Origin: an uncultured Bdellovibrionales bacterium
Lineage (GTDB): Bacteria > Patescibacteriota > Minisyncoccia > Moranbacterales > UBA1568
NCBI GenBank assembly: GCA_964451495.1
Contig: CAYVHS010000001.1
Span: 69,358-133,357, forward strand
Length of the DNA stretch: 64,000 nucleotides
Direction of reading: 5' to 3'
This document shows positions 54,794-63,920 of this stretch, piece after piece. Every line of letters starts with the position of its first letter. The first letter of the stretch is position 1. The position numbers were made by a program, and so were the translations under genes. The notes beneath the pieces are model-generated. The model was not told where the DNA came from and ran no database searches. It was given only the letters and a program-made list of their open reading frames with translations.

Positions 54794-55561
54794 ATGAAAA
54801 GAAATATCTATCCTATTCGCACGCGATTTACCAAAGACATCATAGCGGAGGTGATGTTGCCGGAAAAGCAGCAGGGGAAGGTGGCGATTCTAGCAATCGG
54901 ACTACCCTCTTCGCCAAATAAAAAAGACGTCCTTCTTTTTCTTGCCTCTCAGGGATATGTCGTTATCTCACCCCGCTATCGTGGCACGTGGGAAAGCCAG
55001 GGGTATTTTCTCGAGTATTCTCCCGCACAAGACATTCATGATATCATCCACGATCTCGTAACTCAAAAAAGTATCGTTGATCTTTTTACTGGCGAGACGA
55101 AACGTATACGTGTATCGACCATCCATCTCTTCGGATCATCATTTGGTGGTCCAGCTGTGCTCATGAATTCACATCTCCCTATTGTGAAAAAAGTTATCGC
55201 TCTTTCACCGGTTATTGATTGGGCGGTCGAAGGGGAGGCAGAGCCATTTGATTTTCTCGTTCGTTTCACAAGAGAGGCATTCGGTGATGCGTTTCGACTC
55301 AAGTCCCCAACCGATTGGCAGAAACTTATCTCGAGTGATTTCTATAACCCTATCGCTCATGCGAAAACAATCCAGGGGAAGAAAGTATTCATCTTACATG
55401 CCAAAGACGATATGGTCGTTCCGTGTGATCCACTCGTCCCCTTCGCAGAAAAAATAAACGCCACATACTATTTGAAACCGAAAGGCGGACATTTCTCTCT
55501 GGGGTTTCTCACGCACCAATTCTTTTGGAAAAAAATTCAAACATTTCTTGATACTCACTAA
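54794..55561 (+). CDS. Alpha/beta hydrolase (S9-like)
   Basis: PRYRGTWES, GSSFGG nucleophile elbow, HAKDDMVV, GGH. Confidence 0.85.
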   Translation: MKRNIYPIRTRFTKDIIAEVMLPEKQQGKVAILAIGLPSSPNKKDVLLFLASQGYVVISPRYRGTWESQGYFLEYSPAQDIHDIIHDLVTQKSIVDLFTGETKRIRVSTIHLFGSSFGGPAVLMNSHLPIVKKVIALSPVIDWAVEGEAEPFDFLVRFTREAFGDAFRLKSPTDWQKLISSDFYNPIAHAKTIQGKKVFILHAKDDMVVPCDPLVPFAEKINATYYLKPKGGHFSLGFLTHQFFWKKIQTFLDTH

Positions 55562-55576
55562 TTACAAAAAAATCTA

Positions 55577-55628
55577 CATAAGACTCCCCTAGGTCAAAAA
55601 AAGAAAAATCAGGGGAGTTTTGTTTTTG
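55577..55628 (+). terminator. Probable terminator hairpin
   Basis: gactcccct...aggggagtt followed by ttgttttt; long loop. Confidence 0.5.
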
Positions 55629-56105
55629 TGAGTTTTACGAACAGACTTATGAATATTATATCCAAAGAGAATATGTATGCCCTCTCTCAAAAAATACAGA
55701 GCACATGAGTGAGGGGAAGGATACATAGATGTACCCTGATAGGTATTCAAACGCCTGAGAACGCAGTATACGCATTCGTTTTAGGTTGATATATGAAAGA
55801 GAGGGCAAAGAATATCTCATCCAAATATTTCTTTATTCTAAGCCTTTTCTTTTTTACTTAATGTCTTATAAGTTATATAAGACGACATTATCTACAAAAA
55901 GCCCCCACAAGAAATATCTGTTAAAATAGATCGAGCATTATAGTCTATTATTCTTTCTTTTTATATTTCCTATCACTCACTCCCTACTAAGTGGTAGTCA
56001 AAAACTCCGAGAGGATTATTCGTACCATGTTAAATACATTTTTGTTTTTAGGAAAAAATACACGTTCACATATTCAGAGCTCCCCCGGATTTTCCAAATT
56101 TTTAT

Positions 56106-56142
56106 AAAAAAACAGGGCACCCTCATTCGAGAGCACCCATGT
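56106..56142 (-). terminator. Intrinsic terminator of the GGDEF gene
   Basis: Minus strand gggtgctctc-gaat-gagggtgccc-tgttttttt. Confidence 0.75.
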
Positions 56143-56166
56143 AAAGTTCTGAGAATCAACAACAAC

Positions 56167-56961
56167 TCATTCGCCAATCAGAGCGGTTTTATTTATTGCC
56201 GTCTCGATTTTTGCTCGGCCGTCATTTCGAGAAACGTCAGCAAATGTCGTCGTGCGATTTCGACCGAGTTCTTTCGATCGATACAAGGCTCCATCAGCCC
56301 GTCCTGTGATGGTCTTGATTTCACCTGGCCAACCATTTTGGTCGTGTGAGAACGTGTTGGCCGCGATGCCGAGGCTGAGTGTGACTCGTTCTCCTGTTTT
56401 GCCGTGCAACGCATCGTTGACGTGACTGATAGACCAGTCGTAACAAATCTCCGCCGCTTTGGATTTGGCCGTTTCGAGAGAAGTATCGAGGAGTATGACG
56501 GAGAGTTCATCGCCACCAGGTCGAATACAGATATCCGTACTTCGAGGAAATACCTGCCGGATAACCTGGCAGATTGCTTTGATGATGATGTCTCCTTGGT
56601 CATGACCGAAACGATCATTGATCGTCTTGAAGCGATCGATATCTATCATGATAACGCAGACGTCAATTTCTTTGTTATGATTACTACTCCTCCTCTCGCG
56701 TTTCAGCGTGTTTAGTTGAAGGAGAAATGCATTTTCTCCACCTCGACGGTTATAGAGCCCACTGAGTGGATCAGTGAACGCCGCATTGCGGTACATCTCT
56801 GTCAGCGTCCATAACTTATAGATTACGAGTTGGAGCATTGCGATAATACTGAGCACGACAACATCCCAGACATACGGGATATGGATGAACTTAGCCATGA
56901 AGATGATAGAGCAAGCTATAAGGATACCAGACACGATGCAAAACACTTTCTTGTTGTCCAT
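56167..56961 (-). CDS. Membrane-anchored GGDEF-domain protein (diguanylate cyclase-like)
   Basis: Two TMs, TDPLSGLYNRR, DIDRFKTINDRFGHDQGD, RPGGDEL, ADGALYRSKELGRN; SD aaaggagg. Confidence 0.9.
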   Translation of the reverse strand: MDNKKVFCIVSGILIACSIIFMAKFIHIPYVWDVVVLSIIAMLQLVIYKLWTLTEMYRNAAFTDPLSGLYNRRGGENAFLLQLNTLKRERRSSNHNKEIDVCVIMIDIDRFKTINDRFGHDQGDIIIKAICQVIRQVFPRSTDICIRPGGDELSVILLDTSLETAKSKAAEICYDWSISHVNDALHGKTGERVTLSLGIAANTFSHDQNGWPGEIKTITGRADGALYRSKELGRNRTTTFADVSRNDGRAKIETAINKTALIGE

Positions 56962-57005
56962 TTGAGGACCTCCTTTGGTAAAAAATTGTTTAGGTACTTC
57001 CGTAT

Positions 57006-57034
57006 ATGATACCACTAATTTAGATATTTGTCAA
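57006..57034 (-). promoter_or_regulatory. Sigma70-type promoter
   Basis: TTGACA-17-TATCAT. Confidence 0.75.
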
Positions 57035-57131
57035 GAGTGTGCAACCAAACATTTCTTGTTACAATAGATAATGCTTGTTGCGAGATCTACTGTGAATTAC
57101 ATAACTTGATTTTTTTTGGATTCGCTTTCTT

Positions 57132-58289
57132 ATGCGCATATCGTATTCGAGCTTAGACACCTATCAGACGTGCCCGCTCAAATATAAGTATCGAGAAATA
57201 GATAAGATCAAAGAGCCAAAATCCAAAGAGGCAGTTTTCGGTACGCTCGTCCATGCCGTTCTCAAGTATGCTCATACACCCAGTCTCCTCCCCCCGACCA
57301 TCGAGCAAGCCCTCGATTATTTCGCCAAGGGCTGGAACAGCGAGGTGTACGAAGACGAGATGGAAGAGCGCGCCGCATTTAGTCAAGGTGTCACCATCAT
57401 ACAAAACTATTACGCGAAAAACCGGATTGCTGATTACACTATCGTGGATCTGGAGAGTCGTTTTTCTATAGAAATCGGGAGCGAAGAGACGGGCAAGCAT
57501 ACCGTTTCCGGTATTATCGATCGCATCGACAAGACTCCGGATGGTTATGAAATCATCGACTACAAGACAACGCGCAAGATGCCCTCGCAAGACAAAGTCG
57601 ACAACGACATCCAACTTTCTATCTATCTCAGAGCCTTCCTCGCCCGTTATCCCAAAGAAATAGTCAATCTCGACAAAATCACTGTCAGTCTCTATTTTCT
57701 CAAACATGGTGTCAAACTTTCCTCGACGCGCACGAGAGAGCAGCTCGATATGATCGAAAAGACTTTCCTCGACGTCATCGCCTCTATCGAAGCGGAGAAA
57801 TTTGACCCGATCCTCTCCCCTCTTTGTGACTGGTGTGGCTATCAAAAAATCTGCCCTCTCTGGAAACACAAATTTGTCGAGACGCGAAAACTCGAAACGG
57901 AAGAAGTAAAAAAATCAATTGGCGAGTATCTCGACCTCAAATCCCGTATGAGTGTTGATAAGATGCGCATAGGGAAGCTCCAATCGATGATCCTCGAATA
58001 TATGGAGCAAGAGGGAGTCGATCGAGTGTTCGATGAGCAGGGCATCGTGGGCAAATCACTCCGCAAGACCTATAAATACGATGAAGAGAGGCTCCGAGCT
58101 ATCCTCGAGCCGCTCGATAAATGGGAAGGCATCCTCAAAGTAGATGGCATCGCACTCCGCAACATCCTCGCCATCCTCCCTTCTCCCATTCAGAAAGAAG
58201 TCGAGGAATCCAAGACCCTCGACAAAGAAAGCACCTCACTCTCTGTCAAAAAAAATAAAATAGAAGTCGACGATGAATTAAGTTATTAA
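57132..58289 (+). CDS. PD-(D/E)XK nuclease, RecB/Cas4-like with Fe-S cysteines
   Basis: SYSSL..CP, FGTLVH, E, GIIDRID, IIDYKT, QLSIY, CDWC....CP; extra C-terminal domain of about 140 aa. Confidence 0.88.
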   Translation: MRISYSSLDTYQTCPLKYKYREIDKIKEPKSKEAVFGTLVHAVLKYAHTPSLLPPTIEQALDYFAKGWNSEVYEDEMEERAAFSQGVTIIQNYYAKNRIADYTIVDLESRFSIEIGSEETGKHTVSGIIDRIDKTPDGYEIIDYKTTRKMPSQDKVDNDIQLSIYLRAFLARYPKEIVNLDKITVSLYFLKHGVKLSSTRTREQLDMIEKTFLDVIASIEAEKFDPILSPLCDWCGYQKICPLWKHKFVETRKLETEEVKKSIGEYLDLKSRMSVDKMRIGKLQSMILEYMEQEGVDRVFDEQGIVGKSLRKTYKYDEERLRAILEPLDKWEGILKVDGIALRNILAILPSPIQKEVEESKTLDKESTSLSVKKNKIEVDDELSY

Positions 58290-58300
58290 TAGAAAATATT

Positions 58301-58726
58301 ATGGCACTCTCATTTGAGTGGACAGCAGAGCTCTCGGTCGGAGACGAGACTATCGATGAGCAGCATAAGCAGCTTTTCGATCAAACTAATCAGATTCTTC
58401 GCGTAATGATTGGCGAAGATCCTCATCCTGAAAAAATTAGAGAAGTACTTGATTTTCTCAGTCAATATATTGAGGAACATTTTTCCTTTGAAGAAGAATA
58501 CATGCGCCTCCATGAATATCCTCAATTGGAGCAGCACCGCGCCCTGCATCAAAATTTTTCTGAACACTACACGAAGCTCAGGAAAACCATTGATCCGGAG
58601 CGTCCCGCTATGGAGTCTGTCATCGGCCTTGAAAATTTTCTGGGTCAATGGCTCATCAACCACATCGGTGAAGAAGACAAAAAATACCACGACTTCATCG
58701 CGCGACAAAAATCACGCGTAGCATAA
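58301..58726 (+). CDS. Bacteriohemerythrin
   Basis: W..LSVG..IDEQHK, HFSFEE, YP..QH..H, WLINHI..ED. Confidence 0.92.
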   Translation: MALSFEWTAELSVGDETIDEQHKQLFDQTNQILRVMIGEDPHPEKIREVLDFLSQYIEEHFSFEEEYMRLHEYPQLEQHRALHQNFSEHYTKLRKTIDPERPAMESVIGLENFLGQWLINHIGEEDKKYHDFIARQKSRVA

Positions 58727-58760
58727 AAGAGAAGAGCATCAAGCACAATTTGAAAAATAA

Positions 58761-58792
58761 AAAAAAGCCACTGGTCCTCCGATGGCTTTTTT
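58761..58792. terminator. Bidirectional terminator
   Basis: aaaaaagcca...tggctttttt. Confidence 0.7.
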
Positions 58793-58815
58793 CTTACGCG
58801 AAAGAGTACATGGGG

Positions 58816-58977
58816 TTAATTTTTTTCTGGTGGCGCGATCGTATCATCAAAAGTATTCACGCCATGTATAAAAGTATATCCATCATCTTCCCCTTTCGGA
58901 ATGGGTTTGGGTATATTTTTCAAGACAGGTTTTTCGTCTTTTTTGGAAGTACCCGACTTTTCGGATGGCTTATGCAT
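58816..58977 (-). CDS. Possible small hypothetical protein
   Basis: 53 aa charged ORF ending just before the terminator; no motif. Confidence 0.35.
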   Translation of the reverse strand: MHKPSEKSGTSKKDEKPVLKNIPKPIPKGEDDGYTFIHGVNTFDDTIAPPEKN

Positions 58978-59086
58978 TTCAAATGTATACATACAGAATA
59001 AAACGACATCAATAATTATATATTCCACTCATACTTGGTTACAGTATATCATACATATGCTATACGTAATGCTCTAAAATTTTAGT

Positions 59087-59124
59087 AAAAAAAGCCACAC
59101 CGGAAATGATGCTTCCGATGTGGT
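59087..59124 (-). terminator. Intrinsic terminator
   Basis: A-tract, then gccacaccggaa...ttccgatgtggt. Confidence 0.7.
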
Positions 59125-59142
59125 GATGACCAGGGTTTCCAC

Positions 59143-59904
59143 CTAGGCCCCGAGGAGGGTTGTTAGCCGAATGATATGGCTCATCCTCTGTTGGCAGTCC
59201 ATCAGTTGGTTGGTCAGTCGCTTTCTCATGGCTTCCGCTTCAGCCTCCATAAGTAACGACATGAGCATATCCTCCAGTTGCTCAGCGGGTATTTCCGCCA
59301 CGTATTTGAGCAAATGGCATTTCATGTCATGTGCATCGGTTTTTTCTTTGTCTAGGAGCGACAAGCAGAGGAGTCTGAAATGCTCAGCTTCTTCGTCCAC
59401 CCTACAAAAAAAGTTTTTGAGTCGACGGTCTGCTTCACAAATCTCAGCGCTTGTGGCGCGAAACAACGCATGTGTGCAATCCTGCACCATACTTTTTTCC
59501 TGTGGTGTGAGGAAATCGTAGGAAAGTACACGCTCGTCCGCATCCCCTTCTTGATCATAGAACGACACCTGATTGAATAGCCCTTTTTCTAGGCGCAGCC
59601 TTTTGGGCTGATGTTCAAATTCGGGCAGAAAATAGCCCGAAAGCATGGGCGCAGAACCGTCCTGACGCTCCTCGCAGTGATCGATGTAATAACACAACCG
59701 ATCATGAGCACGAAAGTGTCCAAGATGCGAAAGAGTCTTGGCTCCATACTCACTCAGTTGAACAGAGATCCAACCGCCATTTACCATGATTTGTGCCATG
59801 CGGAGCGATGCCACCGGATCGTTATTACCAAAAAGCGTTGCGTGAAGCGGGCCTGACTCCTCGCCGGCCGCCAGGACCGCATGAGGAGAGGCAGAAGTAG
59901 TCAT
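59143..59904 (-). CDS. Hypothetical protein (orphan cassette)
   Basis: Start MTTSAS with SD aaagga; own promoter and terminator. Confidence 0.7.
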   Translation of the reverse strand: MTTSASPHAVLAAGEESGPLHATLFGNNDPVASLRMAQIMVNGGWISVQLSEYGAKTLSHLGHFRAHDRLCYYIDHCEERQDGSAPMLSGYFLPEFEHQPKRLRLEKGLFNQVSFYDQEGDADERVLSYDFLTPQEKSMVQDCTHALFRATSAEICEADRRLKNFFCRVDEEAEHFRLLCLSLLDKEKTDAHDMKCHLLKYVAEIPAEQLEDMLMSLLMEAEAEAMRKRLTNQLMDCQQRMSHIIRLTTLLGA

Positions 59905-59990
59905 GTTTGTTTCCTTTCTATACAGTTGTAAAAGAAGTAGCGCTGCCTTTGTTGGTGTGGGTCTAAATCCACTTAAGAAAACAGCCTTAT

Positions 59991-60019
59991 AGTATACCAC
60001 CAGAATGCTTTCTTGTCAA
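59991..60019 (-). promoter_or_regulatory. Sigma70-type promoter
   Basis: TTGACA-17-TATACT. Confidence 0.75.
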
Positions 60020-60088
60020 TATACACAATCCCGTTTTCTACAAGTACATCCTTAATCTCCAGGGTTTCATACTAGGACCTCCGGACAA

Positions 60089-60613
60089 TCATTTGCTACG
60101 AGTATTTTGCTGCCCTTTGATGATACTTGCAGCGAGTTTTTTGAGCTTTTTCGGATCTGCCATCGGACCACTCCCCGAAGAAAGCCACCCCTCGTATTTC
60201 TCGAACCAGAAATTCTTGCCGCTGGATACCTGTTTCCAGATACCCTTTTTCAGATTTTCTGTGCCATGCATCGGAGAAAGCTTGATATGTGCATGATCAA
60301 TACCTGTCCCCTCCATGATAAGTCCTACCCTGCCAACATCTTTGAAATGACACTCGAGGATACCAGCAACTTCTTTGGCGGCGATGACGAAACGCTTCAA
60401 GACAGCATCAGGCATTTTCAGTACATCGCTACCGTAATGCTTTTTCGGGATGACGCACGAGAAGCCCTCGGTGTTAGGATCAATAGCCAGCCACGCCATG
60501 AATTCTTTGTTTTCCCAGAATATTCCAGAGGCCTTCATCCTTCCCGCTACGATTTCACAGAAAATGCATGTATGATCTTTGGTTGTAGCATCATACTTGG
60601 CCATAGTATTCAT
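60089..60613 (-). CDS. HIT family nucleotide hydrolase (variant triad)
   Basis: CIFCEIV, P.TEG..VIPKKH, GIDHAHIKL.P. Confidence 0.85.
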   Translation of the reverse strand: MNTMAKYDATTKDHTCIFCEIVAGRMKASGIFWENKEFMAWLAIDPNTEGFSCVIPKKHYGSDVLKMPDAVLKRFVIAAKEVAGILECHFKDVGRVGLIMEGTGIDHAHIKLSPMHGTENLKKGIWKQVSSGKNFWFEKYEGWLSSGSGPMADPKKLKKLAASIIKGQQNTRSK

Positions 60614-60663
60614 ATATCATGGGGCTATTTACTCTTTTAGTATAGCAAAATCCTTCCTATTTG

Positions 60664-60701
60664 AAAAAAAAACAAGCGCGCAGTTATTCACGTGCGCGCT
60701 T
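60664..60701 (-). terminator. Intrinsic terminator
   Basis: A-tract, then aagcgcgca...tgcgcgctt. Confidence 0.7.
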
Positions 60702-60720
60702 TGCAGGACGTCGAGTCCTA

Positions 60721-61215
60721 TTACTTCTCATGTTGCATTTGGACATCACATCCCGGAGTCTCATCCATGGCAGCCAAGATGGCTCGTGCTGTTGCGGTGG
60801 CGTATATATCGGGCATTTTATCTACAGGGTCAAACGCTGCCACACTGCGTTTTGCCTGTTCGACCAACACCTCGATATCAGAAGTACGGATGCGCATCCA
60901 ATATAATCGGATTCCAACCGTAAGTAATGTTTCACTATTTTGGTTTATGACAAAATCATTCAGGTATTGCACAATTGATGTGCGAAATGCCGGAATAGCC
61001 TTGAGGTCTGGTAACCACGGTAGGTATGTGTCATAGACCTGTACTGTACCTGTATGATGTATCAACAGCGTCAGGATGGGTAATTTTTCGTACTTTTTGC
61101 CATTGTATGTCACGGGCCAATAAACACTGATGCCAACACATGAGTGATCATCAGGTTCTTCGCACAACTTAATCACGGGGTCTCCGTGAAATAGTATAGT
61201 TTTCTTTGCTACCAT
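60721..61215 (-). CDS. Hypothetical protein (orphan cassette)
   Basis: Start MVAKK with SD ggag; promoter TAGACA-17-TAGAGT at 61277-61305. Confidence 0.6.
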   Translation of the reverse strand: MVAKKTILFHGDPVIKLCEEPDDHSCVGISVYWPVTYNGKKYEKLPILTLLIHHTGTVQVYDTYLPWLPDLKAIPAFRTSIVQYLNDFVINQNSETLLTVGIRLYWMRIRTSDIEVLVEQAKRSVAAFDPVDKMPDIYATATARAILAAMDETPGCDVQMQHEK

Positions 61216-61336
61216 GATATCTCTCCATATTATAGTTGAAAAAGGACTACGCTTGTCATAATATAAATGACTTCGCACTCTACATCAATCATGATGTTTT
61301 GTCTAGAACCCACCATTCAAATAGCTCTCTTGATCT

Positions 61337-61807
61337 TCAAGATACGCGACGCTGTATTTTCTGGATAGTTTGTGTAGTGGAATGAACTTTTTTCATAGGA
61401 AGCGCCTTGAGCGTGATTCCTAGCTTGTTCAGCTCTTCTTGTAGCGGCAAGTATGCATGCCTTTTTTCTTGTCGGAAAAAAAGAGTGGGACGGAGAATCC
61501 GTATGACAGCGAGTGAGGGGTATAGCCCTTCTTCAAACGGAGTGAGTACTACATGGGTAACTGGCTTGAGGGCTGAAATAATTTGCGCGCGCTTTTTTTG
61601 AGAATAGACCGCTTGCCTCTTTTTCTTTGTTTGTATATATGCATCGGCGAGGACTCCCACAACGAGTACGTCCCCCAATGTCGCCGCCTTTTCTAGAAAT
61701 TCGATGTGCCCCGGATGTATAATATCGAAACATCCAGAAACAAACACGACCCTTTTGCCGTGTAATGCCTCGCGGAGACTAGAGAGATCTTTGTAGTTAT
61801 AAATCAT
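61337..61807 (-). CDS. Cytidylyl/adenylyltransferase (TagD/RfaE-II-like)
   Basis: VFVSGCFDIIHPGH, GDVLVVGV..D, R, HSTT. Confidence 0.88.
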   Translation of the reverse strand: MIYNYKDLSSLREALHGKRVVFVSGCFDIIHPGHIEFLEKAATLGDVLVVGVLADAYIQTKKKRQAVYSQKKRAQIISALKPVTHVVLTPFEEGLYPSLAVIRILRPTLFFRQEKRHAYLPLQEELNKLGITLKALPMKKVHSTTQTIQKIQRRVS

Positions 61808-61932
61808 ATTACGTCACTAGAAACCCGAGATGGAAGTAAGATATTCTACCAAAATAAACAATTTCATTATCTCAAAATCATGAGAAAATGTGAAGGTTTT
61901 CAGAAATTCTTATTACAAGGAAAATGCACAAT

Positions 61933-61972
61933 AAAAAAACCCTACTGCACCTGTCTCAAGGCGCGGTAGGGC
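61933..61972 (-). terminator. Intrinsic terminator
   Basis: A-tract, then ccctactgcacct...aggcgcggtaggg. Confidence 0.7.
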
Positions 61973-61998
61973 TGTTGTGCTGTTACAAAGTTTTGGGT

Positions 61999-62307
61999 TT
62001 AGCCATCATTCCAGCGAATCTGGCTTTCTGATCGAACCCATATTCCATGAGTGAGCTTGGGGAAATGAGCGTTGTTCTTCAGGCGAGGCTGGTAGATTTT
62101 CCCGTCGTGATAGAGCCGCATGGCAATGCTTTCGGCCTGAACAGGATCTTCCTGCCAGCATTTTTTCTTATATGGCCCCACTACCAATCGGCGGAAAGCA
62201 TCGAGAGTGGGCGCGCATGTCCCGGTAATGATTTTATCGACGTCCTCGATGAAGATATTTCCACGTAGGACTTCACCTACGCAGCGAGATAAAGAGAGAC
62301 CGATCAT
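61999..62307 (-). CDS. Hypothetical protein (orphan cassette)
   Basis: Start MIGLSLSRCV with SD aaggag; promoter TTGACT-17-TACGAT at 62401-62429. Confidence 0.7.
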   Translation of the reverse strand: MIGLSLSRCVGEVLRGNIFIEDVDKIITGTCAPTLDAFRRLVVGPYKKKCWQEDPVQAESIAMRLYHDGKIYQPRLKNNAHFPKLTHGIWVRSESQIRWNDG

Positions 62308-62505
62308 GATTGCTCCTTGGGTAGATTTGGTTGCGAAATACAAATTGTCAATCCTCAAAAGAGGTAACTATTGCCACGTTAAAACATCTAGTGACTGAGA
62401 ATCGTAACACAAATTATTAAAGCAGTCAAGAGTAAATCCTCATATTAAACCGAGGACCTCGGATCCGGTCTTGATCAGGTGAGCCGCGCCAGATCAAGTG
62501 GGGAC

Positions 62506-62856
62506 TTATTGAGATTCAGTCCACTTACCTGAATTTTCATCATAATTGGACAAGGTATCCCCACCTACACACATGCCATCCTCAACTGGACCAACAAAAT
62601 ACATTACATCAACATTGGTGTTCGCCGTCTTTGTTTCCTGGTAATTGCCCGAGCGCCTGTAAGAAAAAAGCGCGGTATCTCCTTTATCGTCTACGGTAAC
62701 AACTTCATGTAGATAAACGCCCTTTTCATCTTCCAGCGTCCTGATTACTTCTGGATTTTCTTGGCCACTTAATTTTTCAATTTTTAATTTAATTTCTTCC
62801 AAAGAAAGGATATGCGGTTCTTTTTCTGGCGCTGGCGTTAGGTTCTCAAGGCTCAT
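62506..62856 (-). CDS. Hypothetical acidic protein
   Basis: 116 aa; extended -10 TGtTATACT about 25 nt upstream. Confidence 0.65.
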   Translation of the reverse strand: MSLENLTPAPEKEPHILSLEEIKLKIEKLSGQENPEVIRTLEDEKGVYLHEVVTVDDKGDTALFSYRRSGNYQETKTANTNVDVMYFVGPVEDGMCVGGDTLSNYDENSGKWTESQ

Positions 62857-62949
62857 GGATTTGATAGATTAATTTCTTAAAGTATAACATAAAAGCGCCT
62901 TTCTGGCCGTTTAAAAGTCTTAGCTGAGAACATGGGGCACTATGGGAAT

Positions 62950-63789
62950 CTATCTGACTAAGGATGCTTTATAAAAAGCTTCAAAACTGGCTATGACACC
63001 TAAAGGAATTACACCGGTAATTTTCTGAGCGAGGGACGAATCGAGAGATGAATCAAAAAGAAAATCCCTCGGTCTTTCTGTGGGCATTTTTACTCCTTCC
63101 AACATATTTGTTGGAATTCCTAACGCTTCCATCCCCTCTTTTGTAAAATCGTATATACTCATTCTGGGTCCAGAGATATGCAAGGTCCCTACAAAGTCTG
63201 ACTGAGAGAGCTTAACTATACTTTCAGAGGCCTGACTGTAACTCAGAGGAGATTTATACATGTCTGTGAATCGAGTAACCTTCTCGCCTTCTACGACATC
63301 CTCTTGTATTTTCTTAAATCTACTGTCTAAATTATTATTTACGAAACCATAGAGGTAACTAGGTCGTATAATGCAATGATTTTTTACTTTGGTTCGGATA
63401 ATATTTTCACAAGTATCAAGGTTCCTGCCATAAAGAGTAACGGGGTTAACCTGATCCGTCTCTGAATAGCCACCTTTTTCTCCATCAAAAATTCCGTCAC
63501 TCGAAATATAGATAACGCGTTTATCTTTTGCCCATTCTACCCATTCTACCATTTTACATTTTAAGAGATCTTCGTTTTCTGTGAATTCTATTTTTGCTGG
63601 AATAAAGAGAGTATCAATTTCTTCGTTGCTAAAAATATCCTTCACATTATCCGTAAAGAAATCAAATTTATAGGAAAACGAGAACTTCCTATTTGTTCTA
63701 TGCGTGACGACAACTTTATCTACAAACTTTTTCAAATCGTAGTATATCTGTTCTCCAAGAAAACCAGCTCCGATAATCAATGGTTTCAT
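62950..63789 (-). CDS. RmlD-like (dTDP-4-dehydrorhamnose reductase family) SDR
   Basis: IIGAGFLG, YISSDGIFDG..Y.E.D..NP..YG, IIRPS.LYG, RP.D..SLD. The YxxxK motif reads YGRNL. Confidence 0.75.
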   Translation of the reverse strand: MKPLIIGAGFLGEQIYYDLKKFVDKVVVTHRTNRKFSFSYKFDFFTDNVKDIFSNEEIDTLFIPAKIEFTENEDLLKCKMVEWVEWAKDKRVIYISSDGIFDGEKGGYSETDQVNPVTLYGRNLDTCENIIRTKVKNHCIIRPSYLYGFVNNNLDSRFKKIQEDVVEGEKVTRFTDMYKSPLSYSQASESIVKLSQSDFVGTLHISGPRMSIYDFTKEGMEALGIPTNMLEGVKMPTERPRDFLFDSSLDSSLAQKITGVIPLGVIASFEAFYKASLVR

Positions 63790-63920
63790 AAATTTGTGAA
63801 GCTATGGGACGATACTAGATCTTTTCTAATCTTAAAATTAGTATAACATATCAGAAAATCTAGTATTTAAACAAAAAAAGACAACCTCTGAGGCGGGTCG
63901 TCGTTGCCATATTTGGCGCC

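Noticed and set aside
55562-56100. Replication origin
   Set aside because: No TTATCCACA cluster and no dnaA/dnaN nearby; only poor partial matches.
56112-56142. c-di-GMP-I riboswitch (ACAGGGCA..) near the GGDEF gene
   Set aside because: The GCAAA-GNRA/receptor architecture is absent; it is fully explained as the GGDEF terminator.
57132-58289. CRISPR-Cas locus
   Set aside because: No repeat-spacer array and no cas1/cas2 in the window.
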